A program made the translations under genes and the position numbers. Of a stretch of 64,000 nucleotides of DNA, positions 24,764-38,200 are shown piece by piece. Under the pieces are notes generated by a model. That model ran no database searches, had not been told where the DNA came from, and worked only from the letters and a program-made list of their open reading frames with translations. Location: assembly GCA_964016885.1 (NCBI GenBank), contig OZ024742.1:47182001-47246000 (forward strand), written 5' to 3'. The stretch is from Eledone cirrhosa. Taxonomy: Eukaryota. How positions within the stretch are numbered: the first letter of the stretch is position 1; each line of letters starts with the position of its first letter.

Positions 24764-25169
24764 ATATTATTTGATACTTTTTAAGAAGCGCCCTCGTGAA
24801 ACTGAATGTCTTCAGTATTGTTTTATGTATTAAAATGGCAGAGTCGAGATAGAAAAAAACTGAAAAGACCTCTAGAATAATAATTTGAAGTCATCACAAT
24901 ACTGACACATAAGGCGGGTGACTGATAAACACTGCAGTAGATTTTATCCAGCAATTTGATATTATTTGATACTTTGATATTATTTGATACTTTCTAAGAA
25001 GCGCCCTTGTGAAACTGAATGTCTTCAGTATTGTTTTATGTATTAAAATGGCAGAGTCGAGATAGATAAAAACTGAAAAGACCTCTAGAATAATAATTTG
25101 AAGTCATCACAATACTGACACATAAGGCGGGTGACTGATAAACACTGCAGAAGATTTTATCCAGCAATT
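24764..25169. repeat. ~190-bp tandem duplication with a triplicated ATATTATTTGATACTTT junction motif
   Basis: 24764-24956 is nearly identical to 24977-25169; an extra motif copy lies at 24959-24975. Confidence 0.9.
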
Positions 25170-25528
25170 GACGGTTGGAAACTACAGCAATGAAATAAAG
25201 CGAAGATAAAAAGTCTAAAATATTAAACTGAAAGTTACAATATCCATAATTACAGAGACAAATTATAGTAAAATATGAAATCGAACTAATTCCAAGAGAC
25301 GTTCTGTAGAAGTTGAGTATTATAGTTCAACGACTGTCTAAATAGCAGCATATCAAGAGTACATTTTTCGTAAATTTGATTGAAAACATTGTATAAATTG
25401 TATAAGAAATCTGTCAAAGAGAACTTCATGAGCAATCAAACATCTAGCCATACAAATAAACCGTTCAAATACAAATATAGACGGTGAGTATGTTAGCTCA
25501 CACAAACACACATGTTACATATACACAC

Positions 25529-25700
<172 letters not shown>

Positions 25701-26800
25701 AAGTGTATAATAAATTATGCTTCACCATAAAAGCAATAAAATATACCTTGATTGTAACTTTCAGCTTATATTACAGTGGAAACACGCCCATTATTTATAA
25801 TTTCATCGTGACATCAAAGGAACGTTGAAGATAAAAATCTGGTTCAATGAAATGTGATGAAAGAGAATTCATTACCAATTAGCAAACGCTCTTCAAATAA
25901 AAGTAAATGATGATTTCACATCACAGATGCATGTGTACATGCGTGAAAATGATAAGCTTTCAATAATTTCTGAAGAATTACAAACAAAATGCAAGTTGTT
26001 AGATTGCTAAAACAAATCGAAGTTCAAACATTGAAATATCTGGTAAAATTTAATGGGTATTACAGAAGGGAAATAAAGATAATATATTTTCTATGTGTTT
26101 CAAAACATTAAAAATACAGGCTCTAAAATAAGGAAGTCAAACAGTGTATACTCATACACAAACCATCATCTAGGAAAATAAAGATGTGAAGTCTAGCTTT
26201 CTTTGTAGTGGTTCTGGCATTTTCATAACTATCTAATCTTTAATATAAAATCCTCATTCTGTAATGTTGATTTTTCTTTCTTTTCAAACGAACGATACAT
26301 GCTAAGCATACTTCTTTCTACAGTACAAACATTTTTTCTACATCAATTCGAAGTGAAAATCCTTGATACACAAGGACATATATTAAATATTTTTATATAT
26401 AAAGCATAGTTACATGAATATATAAAATGAAATTTTTTTCTAACAGTCAATCAGTATTTCTTGTCTGTTACATTATCTTAAATGGAAGATATTGAACTGG
26501 CAGAGTCATTACGACTTTGAATTAAATATATGGGCATCTATTTCGGCTCAGTATGCTCTGTGTTCTAATGCCGCCAACAATCAACAACACAAATAAGGAA
26601 ATAGTTAGAAAAAATCTCAGATGTCTGAATGAAAGTCACCTCTGATAAATTATCTAGAGCCTTCTAGACACCAACCACACATATCAACAATATGTATACA
26701 GAATGAAAAGAAAACGCAACATTCAAAATTCTAAAAATGACAAAACTGGTGATCAGTCATAAAATATATTACCTTAACTGAAGAACTAAACCTAATGAAG

Positions 26801-26845
<45 letters not shown>

Positions 26846-26899
26846 CGGCGATGAATTAGTTTTGCGAGGTTTTTTATATGAAATCGTGTGTCGAAACAG

Positions 26900-27868
26900 A
26901 TATTGTTATATTTGTTTCATATGTAAGGTGAACCCCCGGATAAACTGTAAAACTAGAAACGTAGTCTATAGCATAAGATGTACAGAGAGTACTTGCAGAA
27001 ACATGACAACAACATACATAGGTGAGACAGCTCGTAGCATGGGTGAAAGGATAGACCAACACTGGGGGGAACTAAAAGGACGAAAAAACGGGTCAGTACT
27101 ATACGAACATGCTAGACAACAACATGACGGTAACATAGACAACATAGAAATTAGAATAATATCTAAACATAGGAATGACCCAGCAGATAGGCAAATCAGA
27201 GAGGCCAGTGAAATAGAAATTAGAAGACCAAAGCTAAACAGAAAGAATGAGTGGAACAACAACAACACCCAAGCTAAACAGAAAGAATGAGTGGAACAAC
27301 AACAACACCCAAACAAACAACACTGACCTAAGAGAAGTATAAATAAGTAAATAAAATAAAATAAAATAAGATAAATAAATACATACACAAGCACATAAAC
27401 ACACACTAGTCACCCAGCAGACACAACACTATACACACTAGTCACACATCACACATAACACTATACACACACGCAAACGCATGCGCAAAGAAGACAAAAT
27501 AAAATAAGATAAACAAACAAGCAAAGAAATAAATAAATATATAGACAGACTGAACAAAAAAAATGGCGTAGACATACAACACAACAGGAGGAACAATGAA
27601 TATAACACCACTGACGATGTTGCAGATGTGCAACGAAAGATTTATGTAAATTATGTAAACTATATATATGTGTTTGTGTCTATATTGTATCTGTATTATT
27701 TTTGACCGCCGGTCAGTCAATGGCAACATTGAGGACCGAGTAAGTTAGATCGCAGATATATATATATAAAAGACAGCGAGAAGCGAAAACCAACCAAACA
27801 GTGAGTGTGTTCTGTTATTAATTCTGGCAATATTACGCAAATATGACCCTCCCCAAATATAACAATAT
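26900..27868 (+). mobile_element. 5'-truncated Penelope-like element: GIY-YIG endonuclease fragment plus pLTR
   Basis: CFIC..NCKTRNVVYSIRC..YIGETARSMGERIDQH..RQIREA..PKLNRK; 3' terminus ATGACCCTCCCCAAATATAACAATAT resembles 33667-33691; 15-bp inverted copy of the terminus at 26900-26914; 40-bp tandem duplication at 27231-27310. Confidence 0.85.
27609..27646 (+). ncRNA. minimal hammerhead ribozyme motif in the PLE pLTR (degenerate)
   Basis: CTGACGA-T-GTTGCA(GATG)TGCAAC-GAAA-GATT-TA; stem I is weak. Confidence 0.55.
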
Positions 27869-27947
27869 ATATATATATATATTTGCTGACTAATCACACA
27901 CGTTCGTTCCTCCTGTAATTCCTCTCCTGTTTCTTCCGTTTCGTAAT

Positions 27948-28187
27948 CTCATTAGGCCGGTGCTTATCCAGGTTTCATGGAGTGATACGACTGAGAGTAC
28001 AAGACGCCCCCTGGAGAGGACGCCTGTCCATCGCAGGGTTAAACACCCAGCTATTGCTGGTACTCATGTTCAGTTGAGTATACTGGAGCAACATGTTTTG
28101 CTCAAGAACACAACACGCAACCCAGCGATCGAACTCTCAAAATTATGATCGTAAGTCCAACACACTCACACTAGGCCATATCCCTTC
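27948..28187 (-). mobile_element. tRNA-derived SINE, second family (V-SINE-like central domain)
   Basis: Minus strand: TGGCCTAGTG (A box), GAGTTCGATCGC (B box), GTGTTCTTGAGCAA, CCCTGCGATGGACAGGCGTCCTCTCCAGGG. Confidence 0.7.
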
Positions 28188-30403
28188 ACACACACATGTA
28201 AATACATACATATATCTATATTATAAAATATTTGCTTGTTGTATCCCAACAATTTAAATAGAAGTTCTACATATATATATATATATATTTACAAACACGC
28301 TCGCACGCACATACACATTATTGAAAAGGTAAACCGTTTATATGAGAACTTATCTTACTACTGATAGTGTCTCAATTACACGCGTTATCCGTATTTTTCA
28401 ATAACATAATCAATACTAAAAAATATTCTAGAAAATACATACATGATGTAGAAATGCAAAATCTTTCATAATTGTATCTAACCATTAAGCTCACTCCACG
28501 AACATTTTGACAGTTGAAATATTTCCTCACTGGTGCTTTCCTTAAAGCATATTGTCTTCTTTGACAGGCAGATCTGTAGTAATGTACTTCTAAATAAAAA
28601 CGAAATTATTAACCTAACATTTCGGTTTATATATTTTCTTACAAAATTACTTTTATCGTTTTTAGAAAAGAAAAATCAGAATATTTTAAGAGATTTTGGA
28701 AGATTTTAATAATAAACTATGAATTTATTGCTAAGTTTATATTCTGTATTTTGTTTTTAATATCATTTCATCATGCCATCCGTGTTGAAAATAGTGCAAA
28801 CTTTTTTCATAGTTTCATTTCCCCTACTTTTGTGGGTTCTTTTATTGTAGAATCGAAAGACAAATATACATACATATTTAATGTACATCCACACAAAAAC
28901 ACACATAGATACACACACATAGATACACACACACACACATAAAACACACACACATGTATATAGCAACGTTTCTATTCAATGTCTCAATAACAAATTGATT
29001 AAACCGAGTATTCAGTAGGGGTCTTGTGTTATTTTTTTACAAGTAAAATAATAAGCATAGTCAGTTTAATGGCTTTTCCATTGTTATTGTCTTTCTTTCT
29101 TTCAGTCATCATTTCTTTAAGCTTCCGTATTCTATAACAAACAAAATATCCAGTTGATATATATATATGTGTGTGTGTCTGTGTGTGTGTGCGTGTATGC
29201 GTGTGTGTGTGTGTGTGCATGCGCGTGCATGTGTTTGTGTTTGTGTGCGTGTGTATGTATATATATATATATATATATATATAAGTAAAGACAAAAACGT
29301 TAACAAAAACAACAAAAAAAAAACTTTTATATCTATTTTTCGTCTTACGTCTATCAACAGCACATTCTTTTACCAATTGTCGATTTTTGTTTATGTCAAA
29401 TTTTTTTTTATGTTTTCATAGTTGCTTCTAGATATATAATATATTTATTTCTTACAGAATCTTATATTTTTGTAACTCTCAAAACTTCAAAGGTCACTAA
29501 CACGCAATCAAAAGAAAATTATCTTAACAAAGTGATTAACAAGTTATAAATTATTGCACTTTATTGTATTCCCAACATTTTTCACCGAATATTCATATAA
29601 AGTCTGGTAAGAAAAGAATTATTCTTTGACAAAAGAAGCATATTGCATACGTCGCATAAGAAAGTACACAAGCAGTTATAAATTTCATTTAAATATATAG
29701 AAAAACATATAGACTCATATCATGATTATTTGATTTTATACGATAAGAGAATGAGACAAAGGGGTAAAGATGGAAAAAGAGAAGAAAAAAAGAAAGAGAG
29801 AAAGAGAGTTAGGTGAGAATAATAATCCAGCCATCGATTGTTCACAACACATGAAATGAGCAGGCATATACCCCCCCCACCCAATAAACATGAGTGGGCC
29901 GTGCATATATATATATATATATATTTATAAGGGGTGCGGTTAATATTTAATTTCTAGTGTTTGCAACATACATTTGACGTCACAGGCCGATTCTCGTATC
30001 TGCCTTTCTCATATAACTATTGAGATATTTGTGACATGAACACAGATTAAAATAGTCATAGGAAGACTTATACATGTTTATTATGAATAATCAGCGTATA
30101 AGATTTAATATTCTACTATATTACCAAACACGTCATGTTATTGTTTCTGCTAATTAATCCCTGCCAAGTCAACCACGCACTATGTGCAAATCAACTTCTC
30201 CAGCAAACAAAATGTTTCTTATTGTCTCAGTATCACGTGAACAAACTCACTGATGGTGACTAGTGTCTAGCGTATGGAAGTATGGAAAAGACTACTTTAA
30301 AGGATTTTACAATAATAATAACGAGATTTATATATGTTTAATAGATATAAACATATAGTATATGGTTTCATATACACATCTAAAATCTATCATATATATT
30401 ATT

Positions 30404-30586
30404 GGTGGATTGGCAGTATCGGTAGAGGGTCGGATGCCATGATTTGAAGCATAGAGTTACCTCCCTGTATGATCTGAGTTCAAATCCCGCCGAGGTTAAC
30501 TTTGCCTCTCATCCTTCCGGGGTCGATAAAATAAAGTACCAGTAATGCACTGGGTAATTGCTGGCCTTGTACCTAAAGTAGAAACA
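30404..30586 (+). mobile_element. SINE S1 copy
   Basis: Same head, core and tail; flanked by ATT units. Confidence 0.88.
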
Positions 30587-30667
30587 ATTATTATTACTAT
30601 ATATATATATATATCAAGTTAGAATATTTTCGAAACAGCGAGCCGGTTTGAAATTATAAATGTAAGC

Positions 30668-30777
30668 TATCGCCGTATTTTGACGTACGTCAATACTCAT
30701 CTTTTTCCATTTCTCCGAGGGCTCTTAACCCCATATTAGGCTAAATATTTTCTTTAATTTCTTTAGTCAAAATACGG

Positions 30778-30782
<5 letters not shown>
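30668..30782. mobile_element. possible MITE with 17-bp terminal inverted repeats including TA
   Basis: TATCGCCGTATTTTGAC (30668-30684) and GTCAAAATACGGCGATA (30766-30782). Confidence 0.5.
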
Positions 30783-30825
<43 letters not shown>

Positions 30826-30917
30826 ACTGGCAACCGCTTTGCATAATCAGTTCCTGACTATTACTGGAATTCTATAAGAATCCAACATACATAATTTTCA
30901 ACAAACAAGGGGAATGC

Positions 30918-30965
30918 TAAGCTCTGAGGAATACCAACAGTAAGAAACAGAGATTTGTCAGCTTA
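30918..30965 (+). ncRNA. type I hammerhead ribozyme motif inside a long hairpin (30895-30986)
   Basis: Stem I TAAGCT/AGCTTA; core CTGAGGA; stem II TAC(CAACA)GTA; GAAA; stem III CAGA(GA)TTTG; GTC cleavage triplet; stem I extended by TTTTCAACAAACAAGGG/CCTTTGTTTGTTGAAAA. Confidence 0.7.
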
Positions 30966-31122
30966 TCTACCTTTGTTTGTTGAAAAAAGAAGTAAGTGAC
31001 ATAGTCACTACTTTAAAACAGTAGCATAAGGTCTTCAAAATGCTTTTAATTAAGCATACAGTGTATTGCAAAATACACTATATATACATTCATATATATA
31101 TATCGCTATTTCAGAGCACCAA

Positions 31123-31174
<52 letters not shown>

Positions 31175-31184
31175 AATATACATG

Positions 31185-31227
<43 letters not shown>

Positions 31228-31840
31228 TCTGCAACTCGATTTCGAGTAATGCCATTGCTTGATACTTAAGCATGAGCATCGCCGACGTTCCTTTTTAGTC
31301 CTGCTAGTGACTTGCCTTTGTCCAGCAATGCCATGCATAGCAAACAAATGTCATATATCAAGCGATGCCTGCCTATACTTGAAGCTTTTTAAGTGAGGAA
31401 AGGCTTTGCATGGAGTCAATCCCACATTTACCCAAACAGAAGAAATGGTCAACATCATTGAATGCAAACGATATCGCAGGTTTTATATCAGAGTGACCTT
31501 CTCCTAGAAATATGTCCTCTGACTACCCTGGGTTCCTCCGTCCTTTGACGGGTTTAGTTTTTAATCCCGCATTGTTTCCAAAGTCACCCTCCACACCAAG
31601 CAAGCTTCATGGCGTTGCCGGTTTAGTCACCAACGACTAGACCATGCACAATTTGGACAAGGTTACATGTATATTACTATATGTATATTGTTATACTTTG
31701 GGAGGGTCATGTTGCCAATAAGAAACACACGCACCAGTTGCTTTCACTTCAATTTATTATAATAAATTTATAATAAATTTATGAATTTTTAAATTTCTGG
31801 TTGGTTGGTTGGTTCCACAACCAGATAATTGTTTATATAT

Positions 31841-31885
31841 AGTCATAGTTCTTTCGTCACACACTCTGTGACCTCTTCAGTGACT
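31841..31885 (-). ncRNA. minimal type I hammerhead ribozyme in the left (inverted) pLTR
   Basis: Minus strand AGTCA-CTGAAGA-G-GTCAC(AGAGTGT)GTGAC-GAAA-G(AA)C-TA-TGACT. Confidence 0.75.
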
Positions 31886-32063
31886 GGGGATCCCTTTCTT
31901 TGTTTCTGTGCCTCTCCTTTGTTCTGTCCTACGCCATTTTGTTTCTGTGTGTGTGTTGTGTGCTCAGTCTGCGCATGCGCCACATCCCGGTGTCTGTGTG
32001 TGTTTATGTTCATTTATTTATTTGTTTATTTACATGTTACTGGTTGGTTGTTTGTTCTATGTG

Positions 32064-33289
32064 GCGACATAGCTAACTTATTCATGGTTTGGTGGGACAG
32101 TAGACTTAAACTTAAAGAACAATTAGAAGACCCCTTAACCCTGATAATGTACTCCCGCTACGTAGATGATATAAACATCGTAGTTAAGACACCCCCACTA
32201 GAGAACACTTAGGAACTAGAGAAAAACACAATGGAAAGCATCCAGCAAATAGCAAACTCCATCCACCAGAGCATTAGAGTTACTATAGACTACCCAAGTA
32301 TACACCCCAACCATCGATTACCTGTACTAGACACAGAGCTCTGGTTAGATACCATTAACAACAAAAAACAAATCCTCCATTCCCATTATGCCAAACCCAT
32401 GACTTCCAAACATCTGATCCACCGAAACTCGGCCGTTTCGGACCATACCAAAATCAACATACTGATTGCGGATTTGGTACAGGTGATGAGAAATGTGTCC
32501 CGCATTTGCAACCCCGAAGAACTAGAGAGACACATACAACACTTCATCCACCGTATGCAGTTCTCTGGCTACAATCAGAGAGATAAAATCAGAGTGTATA
32601 GAGGAGCCAGAACCAAATGGGAAAAAATGGTAAATAATGACATAAATGGGACCTGCCCCTTGTATAGGAGCAAATTTTGGAATAGAATAGAAAGAACTAG
32701 GAACAAGGATAATAGAATAAACTCATGGTATGATAGCAATAAATACCAGAGTGTAATGTTCATCGATACAACCCCTAGAGGTGAATTAGCTTACAAATTT
32801 AGAAGGGCCCTAAATAAACATAAACTCAATATTAAGATAGTAGAAAGACCAGGTACCTCCGTAAAAACACTTATTAGCAAGACATACCCTTTTCAAAGAC
32901 CCTCATATAGAGATACGAAATGTATAACCTGTAAAATAAGCCCCCATATTAACTGTAAAACTAGAAATGTAGTGTATAGCATAAGATGTACTGAAGGACA
33001 ATGTAGCGACAAAAATATAGTGAACATAGGCGAGACAGCTCTTAGTGTAGGGGAACGGATAAATGAACACTGGCGAAACCTTCAAGATAATAAAGAATCA
33101 TCTGTACTCTACCAACATGCTAAAATAGAACACAAGGGTAAATTAGAGAACATAGAAATAAAAATAGAATCTACACACAGAAAAGACGCAATGTTTAGAC
33201 AAATTACAGAGGCAATAAACATAAAAGAATTACAACCAAAATTAAATAAAAAATATGAGTGGAACAGCAACATAACAACTTACAATTAA
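32064..33289 (+). pseudogene. PLE reverse transcriptase (C-terminal part) plus GIY-YIG endonuclease; in-frame stop near 32210
   Basis: IANLFM..YSRYVDDI; LPVLDT; HYAKP; CITC..NCKTRNVVYSIRC..NIGET..ERINEH..SVLYQH..EAINI..PKLNKK. Confidence 0.9.
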
Positions 33290-33490
33290 GGACAACATGA
33301 AAACACACACACACATAGAACAAACAACCAACCAGTAACATGTAAATAAACAAATAAATAAATGAACATAAACGCACACAGACACCGGGATGTGGCTGCA
33401 TGCGCAGACTGAGCACACAACACACACACAGAAACAAAATGGCGTAGGACAGAACAAAGGAGAGGCACAGAAACAAAGAAAGGAATCCCC

Positions 33491-33534
33491 AGTCACTGAA
33501 GATGTCACAGAGTGTGTGACGAAATAACTATGAC
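33491..33534 (+). ncRNA. minimal type I hammerhead ribozyme in the right pLTR (slightly mutated)
   Basis: AGTCA-CTGAAGA-T-GTCAC(AGAGTGT)GTGAC-GAAA-TAAC-TA-TGAC. Confidence 0.65.
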
Positions 33535-33747
33535 AATATATAAACAACTATCTGGTTTTGGAACCAACCAACCAACCAGAAATTTATAAATTTATAAATT
33601 TATTATAAATTTATTATAATAAATTGAAGTGAAAGCAACTGGTGCGTGTGTTTCTTATTGGCAACATGACCCTCCCAAAGTATAACAATATCGGTTTCAA
33701 CACACGATTTCAGATAAAGAATCTTGCTAAACAAATTCAGAAACGAA

Positions 33748-33965
33748 ATATATATATATATATTTATATATATATATGTGTGTGTGTGGGTGGGGTGGGG
33801 GGTGGGTGTGTAGGTATGTGTGCGTTGGGGGTGGGATGTATGTGTGCGTGGGGTGTATGTGTGTGTGTGTGGGGGGGGTGTATGTGTGTGTGCGTGTGTG
33901 TGCGTGTGTGTGTGGATGTGGATGGGTGTGTGTGTGTGCGTGTTTGTGTGTGTGTGTGTGTTTGT

Positions 33966-34008
<43 letters not shown>

Positions 34009-34012
34009 TGTG

Positions 34013-34056
<44 letters not shown>

Positions 34057-34062
34057 TGTGTG
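33748..34062. repeat. (TA)n plus degenerate (TG)n microsatellite
   Basis: Directly visible. Confidence 0.95.
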
Positions 34063-34721
34063 TACAGAAGAATATTCAGTTCACTCATCTTTTTTTACTT
34101 TGTCAAATATATATTCTACGTTTCGAAATACAAAAATATATCGCATACATTTTATTGGCATTGTCTATTGTTTTTCTGGTTTGTTCTAGGTTTTCCTGTT
34201 ATATTACTTTCTCGCATTTCTTCGCTTACTCCTGGTGCAGGTGTTTTATGAGTGCTGTTGTTATGTTGTTCGTATTTGGTGAAGAAATGTCTCTGATTTT
34301 TAGTCGTTTATTTTGTATTTGTTGAATTGGAATTTGACTGATTATTCAAGTAACTGTTCTTAGTTTCGTCTCCAATAGAAAATCGACATTCAATTTGTTT
34401 TCTTCTGAGACATAGCAGCTGTCATGTTGTTTGACTGTCAAAAGTTAATCTCATTTCGTCTATACTCACATACCATACTGATTCCTTTAATCACATTCGT
34501 TCTCACACACTCGCATTCTCAAATTCTCTAATTCTCTAATACTCTACCCCAGTCACTCGTTCGCTCAGTCACGCAAGTTAACTCGATTCAGTTTGTTTAA
34601 TCAATCAATCGATCTAACTATCAGTGTTTCCTTTATTCCTTCTTACAGTGTGTAGATGTGAGTGTATCTTCTTACATGTATGTATGCAGATTGATAGAAA
34701 ATCATATACAAACATGCATAG

Positions 34722-34723
<2 letters not shown>

Positions 34724-34815
<92 letters not shown>

Positions 34816-34848
34816 CCCCACCCACACACACACACATACACACACCCA

Positions 34849-34880
<32 letters not shown>
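34724..34880. repeat. (CA)n microsatellite
   Basis: Directly visible. Confidence 0.95.
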
Positions 34881-35225
34881 TTTTCTCTATCTCTCTTTCT
34901 CCCTTTCTCCCACACACACAAGTGCATATAGTTAAATGCGTGCGCACAAACACGGACACACGTATGCATATATGGATACGTTATTTCTTCCTACAAAACA
35001 GGCACACATAGAAACGCACATGCCATTGATCATAGAACTATACATACTCAAACATATATGTATATACATGTACGTGTAATCATCTGTCGAAAGATATTTC
35101 TTAAGTATTTTATTCGATCACTATCTTATGCCCCATACTCGATATAGAGATTTCCATAAACCGGTCTGTGTACTGATGAAGTCAATGTATTGTTTTATAA
35201 GAAGATGAAATCACTCAAAATTTAG

Positions 35226-35263
<38 letters not shown>

Positions 35264-35272
35264 GTTGTTGTT

Positions 35273-38200
35273 GGTGAAGCCACGCTTCTCATCACCTCCG
35301 GTTTTTTTTCAACGTTTTACCTCGTTTTAAACCGTTCTAAACCTTTTATTCAAGTTTTAAATTTGATAAAAGTTAAGAAGAAGTGACCCACCTAAAACAG
35401 GGGTTTACTCGTAAATAATACGGCACCCTTTTACGGGGTGTCGTATTTGTGTAAAAATATTTTTTGAAAAAAAAATTTCAACATGGATAACACAAGAAAG
35501 AGAGAGAGTGCTGTCAGACAACACAGAGAGAGGGAGATTTATCAGCATGTCAACAAGACGGCGTTCCAGCGGAGGTAAATATAAACGAAAATATTACAAA
35601 GGAAAAGAGGATTGTTACAGATTTGAAATTACCAAATATTTCTAACACAAACAACACCAACAATAACACCAACAACAACACCAACAACAACACCATCAAT
35701 AACAACAGCAACAAGAAAAATAACAGAGGTAAAGTCGAGAACGACAATAACAAAAATAACAGCGGTAAGGCCGAGAAAGACACTAACAATAACAATAACA
35801 ACAGCCACAACAACAGTAATAATAGGAACAGTATCAACAAATACAACAATAATAACAACACAACAGCCACAATAACAGTGACAACAGCAACAGTATCAAC
35901 GAAAACAACAACAACAACACCAACAACTGTACCAACGAAAACATCAACAATGACATCGATACCTGTAACAGCGATCACAGCACCACCAGTAAGACCAGTA
36001 GCGGCAGCAATAGTGGTGCTGCTGAAAAAGGGACCAATTCTTTTGTAAGTATCGCCCGAAATATCGAGACAGTGTTAGTCACAGAGGAGGAGATGACAGT
36101 TGCAAGGGCCATGGTGACAAGAAGCGCCAATAGAGTCTCCCTGAAACCTCCACCCGATTTTTTCAAGGACCTGCAGCTACGGACGGTGACTTACCGCACC
36201 GTAAGCAAAATGTCACATCGGGTGGAGAGAGCCACGGAGGCTCAAATCCAAAAGGCCTTATGGTGTGTCTGGGCACGCAAAACCCACATCACCCAAGGCA
36301 GAAAGTACGCCACAGTAGACGTACTTTTCGCCACCCCCCAGGAAGCGAAGTCTCACTCTTTGGAAACCCTAAAGTGTGAGGAGATAGTCTTGGTGCCCTC
36401 CTACTGCGGGCAGAAATTGTGAGGGTCAAAGTGACCCAGGTCCCACCGGACGTGCCCATACGTTGGCTGGCCGCATCTGTCCTTGCTGGAATCGAGGACA
36501 GGACGATCATGCTGCAAGTAGAGAAAATAGGGAGAGAGAACTGGTCAGGTATAGGCATGAAAATGGTTATACAAACTGACCAGGAATGTATCGACGCTAT
36601 CCCCGATATCATAGACATCGAGGAAGGACTCCAACTCCCTATAAGCGTAGAAGGAAGACGGCCAACACGTTATCGCCGTGGGTCGAAGGCTGACCTCAGG
36701 GCCTTTTGCCCGCAGAAGACAGCGAAGAAGAAGGCCCCTCTCCTTCCAATACCTGGTCCGTTGCTACCAAGAGCAGGGCAGGCAGCAAGGAAATTTGCAG
36801 CAACACCACCACCATCACCATCACCACCACAAGCACCACTGCCAACAAAAACACACCACCACCAGCATCACCAAAAACACCAACAACACAAACAAAACAA
36901 AACACACACACCAAACAGCAACAAAATCACCCCTACCCCCAAAAAGTACACAACCATAATCATGGCAAAAAAGCAGCACACAGACATCACAGAAAAACCT
37001 ACTACAACCCAGCAACACCAAGAACTCTTCCGACAAACATAAGCATCAATATAACAGTACAAACCTTTAAAACAAAAATTCCCCAAAGCAGTTGGAGACT
37101 TCAGGGGTCGGCTACCAGGAGGATATACACTGACATCCTATTGGAAACACCCATGACCAACCAAAGGGACGGTTCTACTGTCCCTTCACCACACGATCAA
37201 GGTAAGTGACCGTTTCTCACTTGCCCCGTTTCTCATCCAACATGACCGTAATCAGAATAAGTAGTATAAATGCACGTGGCCTGGGGTCATCTTGGAAGAA
37301 TGGGTCACCTGCTCAACGTCCTCAGATCACTAAACATAGATGTCGTGGCCATCGGTGAGACCAGAATCTCCAAAGCACAAGCCTTCGCACCGATCTTCGG
37401 CGGCTAAGATGTATACGCATCTCCCAGCCGTCCAGGACCGGGGGGAAGTGTTGCCGTCCTTTTTCGGAGAGGCTTGGATCTCGCCGTACGGGCCATCTTC
37501 CTGGACCCAGAAGGTAAGCCGGTGATGACCGGCAGCGAAGGCAATGCTTTCAGGCTAGTAGCCGTCTACGCCCCAACAGGGGCAGGACGGCCAGATTTCT
37601 TCAGACGTCTAGAGACCTTTCTTGGAACGTCCCGATTTTTAGTGTTAGTGGGTGACTGGAACGGTATCTTGGATGCACGCTGGGATGTGTGAGGCTAGTG
37701 GATAAGGGAGGAGGGTGCAAGAGCCTCACCAACCTGCTCAGACCTTTTGAACTGTCTGACAGGTATCGACTGGATCACCCGAATGTGCTAATGTGGACTT
37801 GGACAAACCATATCGGGTCATCCAGAACGTATCTCGATAGGGTATTCTGCAAAGAATTAGATAAGTGTAGTATACGTTTTTCCACAATTTAAAATAGTCG
37901 ACTACTCAGACCACAAATTTGTCATCTGTGAGATCGACATAGACAGACTTCATAGACAAGGGCCCGGTTACTGGAAGCTGAACGCATCTTTCCCGGCGCG
38001 CAAAGCCTACAGGGACCGGATTAGCGTATTAGTTAAGCCGGCGTTGACGGGAGCGGTCATCAACAACAGGTGGTGGTTCGCCATGAAAAGGGCAATTAAA
38101 GTAGCGTCGATTAGGTTTAGCAAAGGACTAGTGATAGGGAAAATAGAGTAGAGGGAGAGCTAGTCAGAAAGCTAGAAGAGGCGTTTAGGACAGGCATCAC

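Larger units (their letters stand above)
31685..33691 (+). mobile_element. Penelope-like element, 5'-truncated, flanked by inverted ~380-bp pseudo-LTRs
   Basis: 31685-32063 is the reverse complement of 33312-33691; encloses RT and GIY-YIG coding sequence. Confidence 0.92.

Noticed and set aside
31225-31670. Possible LINE 5'UTR or other dispersed repeat remnant
   Set aside because: Composition is suggestive, but there is no second copy or coding motif in the window.
35173-35217. CTGATGA...GAAA hammerhead-like motif (also CTGATGA at ~1250, ~47294, ~63189)
   Set aside because: Stems I-III cannot be formed convincingly.
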